Shown here: piece by piece, positions 24,056-34,279 of the stretch | How the letters are laid out: every line of letters starts with the position of its first letter | Position numbering within the stretch: the stretch's first letter is position 1 | Assembly: GCA_010093995.1 (NCBI GenBank) | Contig: ML992514.1 | Location: 398,084-462,083, forward strand | Source of the DNA: Elsinoe ampelina | Lineage: Eukaryota | Length of the DNA: 64,000 nt | Direction: 5' to 3' | Translations under genes and position numbers: made by a program | Notes under the pieces: generated by a model | What the model was told of the DNA's origin: nothing | The model's database searches: none | Seen by the model: the letters and a program-made list of their open reading frames with translations, nothing else

Positions 24056-25591
24056 ATGGCTTCATATTTACTCTCTGCCTCTCTTCTTCTCGGAGCCGTC
24101 TCGGCCCAAGGTCTCCTCAACACCGTGCAAGAGGAGCACCCAAAGATCACCACCTACCGCTGCACAAAGGCAGGTGGATGTGTCGCTAAGCAGAACTCCA
24201 TTGTCCTTGACGCTGGCTCTCACAACATCCGCCAGAGAGATGCTCCGTCGCTCGGCTGTGGCAACTGGGGAAGTGGTCCCAATGCCACCGTCTGCCCGGA
24301 CGCCGCCACTTGCGCACAGAACTGCGTTATGGATGGTCTGACCGTCTCCGACTACGCTGCTCTTGGTGTCAAGACCACTGGCGATTCCCTCTACCTCGAC
24401 ATGTATAGGGACAGCGATCTCTCGTCTCTCAGCCCACGTGTCTACCTCCTCGCCGAGGACGAGAAGAGCTATGAGATGCTAAAGCTTACTGGGAATGAGT
24501 TCACATTCACCGTGAACGGGCCCAAGCTGCCATGCGGCATGAACTCTGCCCTCTATCTTTCTGAGATGGAGGCCGACGGTGGTCGCTCCGAGCTCAACCC
24601 CGGTGGCGCCAGCTATGGCACAGGCTACTGCGATGCCCAGTGCTACACCACACCATTCATCAACGGCGAGGTGAGACTAGCTTACATCCCTCACACCCAA
24701 CATGGTTGCTGACATTTGCAGGGCAATATCGCCGCCAGCGGTCTCTGCTGCAACGAGATGGACATCTGGGAGGCCAACTCCCGTGCTACCCACATCGCCC
24801 CTCACCCTTGCAATCAGACCGGTCTTTACGCCGGCAACCCTGCCGAGTCCGCCTTCGACGGCATCTGTGACAAGAATGGCTGCGGCCACAACCCCGCTCG
24901 CTTGGGCGCCAAGAACTATTACGGATACGGCAAGAACGTGGACACCAACAAGCCCATCACCGTCGTCACCCAATTCCCCGCCGATGCCTCCGGCAAGCTC
25001 GTCGGCTACCGCCGCCTCTACATCCAAGACGGCAAGCAGATCAACTCGGTCAAGACCATCCCCTACTTCGAGTCATTCGAAGACGACTTCTGCGAATCCG
25101 TCGGCTCCACCCGCTACATGGACCTCGGCGCCACCGAGCAGATGGGCAACGCCCTCACCCGCGGCATGGTCCTCGCCCTCAGCATCTGGGCGGACGAGGG
25201 TGGATTCATGAACTGGCTCGACTCGGGCGACGCAGGCCCATGCAACGCCACCGAGGGCGACCCCAAGATCATCCGCCAGGTCCAGCCCGACACCGAAGTA
25301 ACCTTCAGTGCGTTCAAGTGGGGTGAGATCGGCTCGACCTACACCACCGCCAAGCCGCCGACGAACAAGTGCGCCGCCGACGACTGCTTGAGGGCTTTCA
25401 GGGCGAACACGATCAAGGGCAGACTCGAGGAGAGCCAGAAGTTCTGCAAGACGTACACGGCGTACCCTGAGGTGTCGCCTAGTGCGTTGCCCAAGTATGC
25501 TCAGGATGCGTGCAAGGGAGACTCGGTTGTCAGGGCGAGCAGCGCTTGCTCTTGCTTGCCGGCTGCGACGCCGGGGCCCAAGCCTTACTAG
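24056..25591 (+). CDS. Secreted glycoside hydrolase family 7 endoglucanase (Cel7B/EG I-like) with a C-terminal Cys-rich module
   Basis: Signal peptide MASYLLSASLLLGAVSA, then KLPCGMNSALYLSEM, YGTGYCDAQC, catalytic CCNEMDIWEANS and MNWLDS. Intron at 24671-24721. Short loops are consistent with an endo type. Confidence 0.93.
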
Positions 25592-26013
25592 ACGATTGAA
25601 TAATTGGTGATTTATATACACATTGATCCTTACAATGCCTGCTCCACCATGAAGATTATGCTTTTGGAAGATGGGGATATCAGTGACCGATGTACCGTCG
25701 GCTGAGAGGATGAAAAGGATGGTGATGTCTGATAGGAATGATGTGGTTGTCTTGAAATGATTTCAGAGATTTGCGAGGCTTTTGAATGGTCTGTTGTGAC
25801 TGTGGCACGGTCACCAAGTTGCCAAGGACGATAGTGTGCTGTCGGTTCCAGGAACTGAGGCCGAAGAAACTTTGTATAAATGAGCACTGACCACTTGAGT
25901 TGTATAGTGGTTACTAATAGATGTACACGAAGTCTTGATAAATATGTTACTAATGATACGCTAAAGCTCATAGAACATAATTACTGATTGTTGGCATAAA
26001 CATCCTCGAACCG

Positions 26014-27460
26014 TCACACGTCACTGTTAGTAGTCCTGTTGAAACCATTCCGACCCTGAGTATCATTTACCATACCTCCCAGAGGCTCATCACCACCAGC
26101 GGCGAGGGGCGCGTAAAGCTCTTCGTGGGTCGCCATACTTGGGCTCTCCATCCTTCTGTCGGTAGATGGCTGTCTTCCAGCTCTACCCAAGTAGCTATAA
26201 CGGCCGAGCTGACTCCCAGTAGTAACGGCAGCAGGACGCTGAACGTAGGTGTGATCGGAAGAGGCAGAAGTGCGATTCAGATCCTCCTTCGAAGAGCGGA
26301 AGTTGGTACCGTACATGCCGTTCTCTGGGTGTTCATGGCTGTGACGACCCTGACCATTGGCAATGATGCCTCCATTGGGACCGCCGCTTTCAGTGACGGC
26401 CTTCTCTTGAGCGAGCTCATGGGCAACTTGTGCTGCGTCATGCTCATTGATACCAGCAGCGATCAAGAGACGCCTCTTCTTTTCAACTCTTGCGACGTGG
26501 TCCATGTCTTGACCAGGATTTGCAGTCTCATATTCGAGGACCTTGATGAACTTGTAGAAGCCAGCAGCTACGATGGAGCCGAGTACGGGACCGACCCAGT
26601 AGATCCAGTGATATCCTTCGAAAGTGGCAGTGACGACAGCAGGGCCAAAAGAGCGTGCTGGGTTGAGGGAACCGCCAGTGAAGTAGACGCCTGTAAGCTC
26701 TGCAATGAAGAGCGAGAGGCCAATGCCTGGTACTTGTTAGACTGGGGTCATTTGAAGAATGGATCGCTTCTACTCACCGACAGGAGCAATAAATGTTCCC
26801 TTGTGCTTCTCGGCGGCCAACATGAAGATGGTAAAGACCAGCTGAGCAGTCAAGAACATCTCGATGAACAGTCCTTGGACAATGCTAGTGCCTCCCCCAA
26901 GCGTCGTCCGGACATTGAGCTCTCCAGGAAACAAGCATGAGACAAGAGCAGCAGATGCCATACCAGCAATGATCTGAGTGAAGAAGAGAAGGACGCCTCG
27001 AATCCATGGCAGAGCACCAATGAGGCACATACCGACAGTGACAGCCGGATTGAAGAGACCACCACTGATGCGGAAGAAGACCCAGGCATTGACGGCGAGG
27101 GAGAAGCCGAAGCAGAGAGCAATGTACTGCAGCTGAGGTGGATTGCTACCAGTCTCGGCAACTGTCAAACCGGCCGAAGAAGGGACACTGTTGGCTACCT
27201 GAGCACCAGACAGGGCGAAGAACAGAAACAAGACCGTGCCGACGAACTCGCCGCACATGGCGACAAAATGGTTTCGGACAGTATCTGGGATGTGCTTGAG
27301 CAGTGGAAGGCGCAGGTCTTCTGATTCGAGATCATTGTTGGGATCGGCTGCTTTGGTGAAAGGTATTGCCAGGCCACGGCCTGCGAGGGGTTTCTGGCAG
27401 CACTTCAGTAGCTGTCGCAATGAGACACATGGATGAGGTAGAACTTACGTTGATATTCAT
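26014..27460 (-). CDS. Aquaporin (MIP family, orthodox fungal type) with a long C-terminal tail
   Basis: GEFVGTVLFLFFA, two NPA motifs (GGLFNPAV, GGSLNPARSFGP) and HWIYWVGP. Short first exon MNIN (27460-27449) and a second intron near 26730-26777. Confidence 0.93.
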
Positions 27461-27932
27461 GGTCGGATGTTGATGGTGATGCTGAGGAGGATGGCCTAGA
27501 AGAGGGCGGTCGCGCTTGAGGTAGACGACAGAGATGCAGCTGTGAAGAAGAACGAGCAGACCTGACCTACCAAATATGAAGGAGCATCCTAGTGAACGCT
27601 GGTCGTCATGGCTTCCTGCTGCAGCGAGCGCTAGGTCGTTGCTACCATAGTCCTCCATCACACGGTCACCGTGCGTTCGAGTGTCGCAGCTTGCGAGCAT
27701 GCGGCTCATCCTCCATCTGATGGTCTACCAGAATCTAGAGCATCTGCAGATCGTGTACCAGATCATGAGGCAGCGAGTCGCCATGACTTTCCCAGTGGAC
27801 TGGACGTTGGTGAGGTTTGTCTCATCTCAACCACGTTTGAGTTCGGGGATTGATGACGTCGGATGCAGAGACGACGCACGAGGCCATCATCGACCACGGC
27901 TAGATCTTTCAATCCCTTTACATCTGCAGATA

Positions 27933-27972
27933 CAGTCGTTTTGAGTTCAACCGAGCCACCCCGGGCTTGGCG
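27933..27972 (+). repeat. Left terminal inverted repeat CAGTCGTTTTGAGTTCAACCGAGCCACCCCGGGCTTGGCG
   Basis: Exact reverse complement of 31301-31340. Imperfect inverted similarity continues inward to ~28097. Confidence 0.95.
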
Positions 27973-28169
27973 GTACTCTTCACCGACTTCTGCTTACTAA
28001 AATTGGCTGGCTGGAGGTCTAGAGAGAATATAGAGTTGAATAGCTTAATAACGCTATCTATTTAAATAAAATTAAAGCTAAAAAAAGGTATAATAGACTA
28101 GTTAGTATACACTAACGTTACTAAATTATAGCTTGTAAGTGTCCTTCTTCTATAACTAACTATTGCTCT

Positions 28170-29640
28170 AGCTATGCGAAGAAACCTTTAAGAGTAGTAT
28201 AGGAGGTAATTATAATATTCTTTACTTCTCTATTGTTACTACTAGTCTCTTCTTCTTTAAGGCACTTCTTAAGCTCGTTAGAGGAGGTACTAGATAACCT
28301 TCGTCGTAGTCTAACTATCTAGCTAAAGAGCTATATACTAGCGCTAGCGTAGGTAGCACTTTATCTAGAGGTTATATCTACTAACTTAGCTCTTTAGAGG
28401 CTTATAGAGTAAGCTATAAACTAAGTTATACTACCTTTATAAGCTGGATCTTAGTAGCTATCTCTTTAATTAAGGTTTCTAACACCTATACTAGACTAGC
28501 TAAGGTAGTTAATTAAGTTAGATATAGTACTAGAGGAAGAGCTAGATATATAAGTAATAGAGGTGCTATAGTTATTATAAGTGCTAGAGTTACTAGAGAC
28601 TAATTCTAGCGACTTAGATACGCTCTATCTTAGTTAGATAGTAGAGGTAAGGCTAGTAGTAAAGCTTAGAAGTAAGACTCTATACTATAATAAGTATATA
28701 TTTAGCTAGCTAAGTAATCTATCGTAGTTAGTACTAGCTAATTAAGTAGTAGAGAAGAGTAGTCTTATTACTTAAGCTATACTTAAGCTACTTTTACTTA
28801 ATTACGCTACTACCTATAAGCGTCTTAGTATATAGCAGCTATTTAGAGTAGTAATATTAGAGCTAGCTAAGATATAGAGGCTAGTTAATAAGCTTAAAGA
28901 TTAGCTTACTAAGAATTGCTAGTAGCTTAGGCTCGGCCTTACTACCGAGATAAAGAAGGTACTAATAGCTATAAACTCTATAGCAAATTTAAGAGTTATA
29001 TAACTACCTTTAACTATGCTAGTTCTAAGCTCTTTAATAGGTCTACTACTGCTGCCTTTATAGTAATCCTCTCTTAGATCGACGCCGGTAAGGACAGTAT
29101 AGACTCTAGTAGCTAGTATAATACTACTATCTTTATAGGTAGTATAGCTAGCGCTACTATTATAAGGTCGAGGCTTAGTAACGAGCTAATTACGTAGTGC
29201 GCTCGAGAGCGTAAATAGTAATAAGAAGCCTCTATTAGAGTTAGTATAGACTTATACTAATTGTAATTACTATAACTATAAGAGATTATACTAGCGTACG
29301 TTAACTAGTAAGTACTACTAGATTACAACGGAGAATAAGTATACCTAGGCTACTACTATTTATAATAGTAAAGCCACTATTAATTGTTCTTCTATAGGCC
29401 TTATATTAAGCCTTAATTACTTAAAGGCCTCGAGGAGTGTTAAAAGCGCTTTACTAACACTACTAATACTAACGCCTTTAGCGTCTTTAGTGCCTTTTAT
29501 ACTCCCTCTAACACCTATTAACTATATTAATATTACAAACTCGATTACTTCTTACTAGCTATAGTAGCGCTTAGAGCCTATAAACGACTTAAGATCCTTA
29601 CCTATTACCTCTAAGGCTAACTCTTATAAAGTTTTAACTA
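28170..29640 (+). pseudogene. Possible RIP-degraded cargo ORF inside the transposon
   Basis: About 1.5 kb not accounted for by the transposase. Reverting C>T/G>A changes by eye gives plausible S/P/T/Q-rich and then globular-looking protein. Not identifiable. Confidence 0.35.
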
Positions 29641-30099
29641 AATTCTTTAAGTAGATAAAGAGAAAGAGAAGCTTTAAAAGGGATATTTAGGTACTAGATT
29701 AGGTTAAATTTAAGCTAAAGAAGGAGAATTACAACCTTAATAGCGTAAGAGATATATACTTAAATAGGTAGAGAGATACCTAGGCCTTTAATAAAGGCCT
29801 TCTATACTAGATTTAAAGCTAAATTAGCCCTTTTAAGCGCTAGTATCGCTCTAAGATAGTTATATAAGCTAGATCGAATTAAGCAAGTTAGATACTTTAC
29901 TATCTTAGTAGTTAAAATAGGTACTTTTACCTAGTTTATAGCAGCTAATATAGATACTAATTTATATAGCGCGATAGACAATTTAACTAGCTTAGCGGCT
30001 AAGATAGATGTTAATCTAGTTTAGCTACTAAACTAGACTTAGTTTATTTAACTTAGAGTAGTATATATATAGTATAGAGTAGTCGTAGTAGTAGTAAAG

Positions 30100-31100
30100 A
30101 GTTTTTACTAGGTCTTAGTATTAAACTTATTTAACATAAGCAATTTCTTATATACTAAATAGATCCCCTATAACCTTATACTATATCTATAGCTCTTAAA
30201 GTGCGCCTTAGCATATAGTCCGCTATATAAGTAGATAGCTAGCTCTAAGAAATTAGCGTATTTCTCGTACCTAGTAACTAGATCGTAGTATTACTTTACC
30301 TACGCCTTTAGTACTAAGAAGGATTACTTAATAGAATTAAAATCTAGCGAATAGAGTAGTAGGTATTTAAGGTAACTTCTATACTCTTATACTAGCTCCT
30401 TTACCTTATTACTCTAGTAGATTAAAGCATTATCTATAACGAAGATTATACTAGCTAGAAGCTCTAGTATTATTATATCTATTAGCTAGCTAATAAAGAT
30501 CTTACTAGTAATTAATCTATAGTAGATTAAGGTACTAGAGAGATAGCTATTAATAGTAATAGCTAGTAATACGCTTTACCTCTTACTACGCTACTTTAGC
30601 TAGATATCTATATACTCCTTACTAATAGGCGCCTACCTATACCTCCTCTACGCTATATACTTATTATAAGCTAACTTATTAATATAAACAATTCTATTAA
30701 CTAGCTAAAGTATATACCTTCGAGTCTAATTTACTCTAAGTATTATATCTCTTTTAGCTGCTGCCTTCTTAGCTACCTTTCGAAACTACTACTAGTACTA
30801 GATCGTGTACTAGATAATACTTAAGTATATCTAGTAATTATATATCTCCCTTAAGAAGGCTTAAACTTTATTAAGATAAGTAGTAGAAATATTATTTAGG
30901 TAGGCTATTACCTCCTTAGATAGGTTAGTATAGAAAGAGCTTAGCTATAAAGAACTTATATCTTCTAAGAAAGGAGTAAGAGTATAAGGGCGTAGTATAT
31001 AAGCTTTAATAGAAGAATAAGAAGTACTAAAGAACTTAAGGGATAGTTAAATTTAGTAGATTATAGCTCTAGCTACCTTAGTAGTAGCATAAATAGCATA
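30100..31100 (-). pseudogene. RIP-mutated Tc1/IS630-family transposase
   Basis: Minus-strand translation gives FRKVAKKAAAKRD..LR, then IVYINKLAYNK..*RRYR*API (de-RIPed VYIDESACNE..WRRYGWAPI) and YLLLYSLDFNSIK*SF (de-RIPed YLPPYSPDFNPIEQSF, ~30320-30365). Boundaries are approximate. Confidence 0.85.
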
Positions 31101-31300
31101 ATTAGTATACTCTTTAGCAAGTAAGAACTACACGTCTACTAGTTTTAATTTAGCTATCTAATGATTAACTATAATAGTAATAATCTAATTAGAGTAGTAT
31201 AGCGACTATTACACCTTTTTTCAGCTTTAATTTATTAGTATTCTCTATAGACTTCTAGCTAGCCAAATTTAATAACGAGAGGTCAACGCAGAGTACAACA

Positions 31301-31340
31301 CGCCAAGCCCGGGGTGGCTCGGTTGAACTCAAAACGACTG
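31301..31340 (-). repeat. Right terminal inverted repeat
   Basis: Exact reverse complement of 27933-27972. Imperfect similarity extends inward to ~31206. Confidence 0.95.
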
Positions 31341-31997
31341 TATGTTGTTTCGAGAGTTTGAGATTTGCTTTGAGATGCGTCTGTGGCTGTTGCTGATGTG
31401 TGGCTGTTTTCACGTTGGTTTTGTCATCATGATGTGGCTGGTGGTCAGTTGTGATTTCTTCTTCTCCTGCCTCGTTCCTTCACAACCCACCACATGTCAT
31501 GATTGACCCAGCTATTGTAACGGTCGATTCGGCGCTGTCACACTTGCGCCAGAATATGAGGGTGCAAAAGACGCTTGATCGTGTCTGAAAGTTTATCGCC
31601 GTACATGCGGCTCAGCAGATAGACACCAGACAAGAACCTCGGCAAAGGAGATGCGTGCGATTTGCCCATGCCTATCAATTGTCAGGACATTGATCAGGCA
31701 GGGCAGATGTTAGGTCATAAGGCTGCCGGACTGGTAGTCCAAATCTCGTGCGATGATTATCTGGATCATGTGCCAAAATGTCGATACATCCATTTCTTGA
31801 TCTCGTTGTACACAGTAAAGTTGTATGTAATATCTAGTAGTGCAGTCGAATGTCAATCGCGAGAGGAGGCCACCTCTGTCCATGTCGCACATCCGCCGGG
31901 ATGCTGTTCAGCTGCGGCTTCGCTCGCCCTTCTTGGAGGCTGCATTTTCGCCACAATCACCCCGGGGAACGACATCATGCCGGTTAGCTAACGAAAA

Positions 31998-33773
31998 ATG
32001 AATCACGGCGACTATCGAGTTGCCTGGATCTGTCCACTTGCCAAAGAGAGAAGCGCCGCCGTCAGTCTCCTAGATGACATTCACCCCACCCTCAGTCCTC
32101 GAGATGGCGATTCAAACATTTACACATATGGCCGCATGGGTAAACACAACGTGGTGATTGCTCATCTACCATCAGGATCAAGTGGCAACGGTCATGCTGC
32201 CCGACTTGCAGTACGACTGAAGAACACTTTCCGTAACATCGAGTTCTCCTTCCTGGTAGGAATCGGCGGTGGTGCACCCAGTCGAGAACACGACATCAGA
32301 CTCGGAGACATCGTGGTCAGTCATCCGCACAGACAGTCAGGAGGCGTGATCCAGTATGATCACGGTAAAGCACTACCAGGCAATGAAATCGAAATCACCG
32401 GATCGTTGAACAGACCGAGCGATGCCCTACTCAGCGCCGTGGCAAAGCTGGACTCGGACTACCGATGCCGAGAGAGTCGGGTCATGGAAATACTGTCAGA
32501 GAGCATCGAGAAGAATCCTAGGAGACTGGAAGCCTGCATCTATCCTGGTAGCACATATGAGGACAGACTGTTCTCTTCTAATTACCCTCATCAAAGGCCA
32601 GATGATGCCGATTGCAACTGGTGTGACAAGAGATGGACCATCTCACGACCGCCACGGTATGACAATGCCCCTATCGTCCACTATGGTCTCATCGCATCTG
32701 GAGATCTGGTCATCAAGGATGCAGAGCAGAGAGATCGGTTGCGCCGCAAGCTTGACGTCCTATGCTTCGAGATGGAGGCAGCTGGTCTGGTCAACGACTT
32801 CAATTGTCTCGTGATCAGAGGCATCTGTGACTATGCTGATAGCCACAAGAACGACCACTGGCAAGACTACGCCGCCGCAGTCGCTGCAGCATATACGAGA
32901 GAGCTGCTAGATGAGATTCCACCGCATGTACCGGAGTCTCGATCCCCAACGTCACCCAGAGAAGATACTCAAGCGACCTACAGCGCCGAATCACTTTCAC
33001 TCGGCTCCAGCGAAAGTCTGTACCAGCAACTCTATCCAAGCCGGCTCCGTCCACAACAACTTTCTCCTCCGAGCCGCAGCCCAACACCATCCATGTCCGG
33101 TCCTCGACCCGCGTCCCCCAGCCCACCACTCTTCACGCTCCTCGGTACAGGCCCCGACTTCCTCGCTCCCAACGAGTACAAGCCCTGGCAATACCTCACA
33201 CTCAAATCATACCACATCTACGAGAAGATCTACGCCACCATCCGCAGGCCCGATGGTCTCGTAAGCTGTACGTCTCCTTTCCACGCCTTCTCTCTCCCTA
33301 ACCCCCCCCCCCTCCCCTTTGTCCTCCCCTCATCCTAACACGCCACAGTCCCCACCTTCCTCTCCATCTTCCCCCCCTCCTTCTCCCCGGACACCTTGAC
33401 CAGCATCTGGCTCCGCCTCTCCATCCACCGCGAACCCGCCGACCGCATCTCCTACCCCTCCGCCCTCTTCCTCGCCACCCTCCACATCGCCCACGTAGAA
33501 CTCGCCCACCCCTCTGTTTTCCTCAAAGTCGACCCCACTCGCCGCGCTATACTGACGCGCTTCGACCATTGGATCGGGTGTCAGTGCAAGGATTCGTGCG
33601 GGAGGCGGTGGAATTTCGTGAATGAAAGGGGACTGTGTGATGGTGAGGATAGGGAGGGGCAGGGGAGGGAGGAGTGTGAGATGGTCAAGGTGTGGAGAGG
33701 GAGGAAGGTGTGGGGGGAGAAGGGGAAGAGGGAGAGGTGGCAGGAGATGAAGAAGGTGTGGTATATGAGTTGA
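31998..33773 (+). CDS. PNP_UDP_1 (nucleoside phosphorylase-like, fungal NLR-effector type) domain protein with a C-terminal EH/EF-hand-like region
   Basis: DYRVAWICPL, LVGIGGGAPS..DIRLGDIVVS, VHYGLIASGD and VLCFEMEAAGL..CLVIRGICDYADSHKNDHWQDYAAAVAAAY. Intron 33268-33348 (GTACGT..CTAAC..CAG) joins in frame to the 33396-33773 ORF. Confidence 0.85.
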
Positions 33774-34113
33774 TGTTATTCGGGTATATCTATTTACAAA
33801 GACCCTGGTATCAGCTAGTCTGTTGACTGGTCCCGGAGTGGCTTCTTTTAATCACACCATAGCTGAAACCTGACGCTCTGTTTTGATGGAACATTGAGAT
33901 CTCTTTGTGGCCGTGGAGTCGCTCCATCGTCATCTTCCGTGATCACTGGTCTCCAGCGTCTTTAGGGTCCGACAGTCCGGAAGCTCGAGTAATCGGTTGC
34001 GGGAATCGGTCTTTCCTCACATGACATTCATATGCGACCCCATAAGGACGTATTCGTTAAGGATGCTTACGCCCGATCTCCGCGGAGCGCCCCATAAGTA
34101 TATCATGCCTTGC

Positions 34114-34157
34114 TCTTGACTCCATCGGTTTCTTCTCTTGACTCCATCGGTTTCTTC
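34114..34157. repeat. Perfect 22-bp tandem duplication (TCTTGACTCCATCGGTTTCTTC x2)
   Basis: Read directly from the sequence. Confidence 0.85.
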
Positions 34158-34279
34158 TCCCATCTCTGCCCCAGTCATCCTCTTCGGCCACCTCTTGTCG
34201 TGTCCACCTCCTCTACCCTTCTCGCCCGCCACCATCTCGCGAGCAAACATCATCAAGTCCCATCCCCCAACCGCAGAGA

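Larger units (their letters stand above)
27933..31340 (-). mobile_element. Tc1/mariner (IS630-like DDE_3) DNA transposon, 3408 bp, inactivated by RIP
   Basis: Perfect 40-bp TIRs beginning CAGT, with TA on both flanks (27931-27932 and 31341-31342). The interior is extremely TpA-rich, depleted in CpA/TpG and has no long ORF. Degenerate transposase motifs lie on the minus strand. Confidence 0.93.

Noticed and set aside
28000..31270. AT-rich ORF-free island as a centromere, horizontally acquired or organellar DNA
   Set aside because: Fully explained by a TIR-bounded transposon with the TpA excess of RIP and recognisable transposase motifs.
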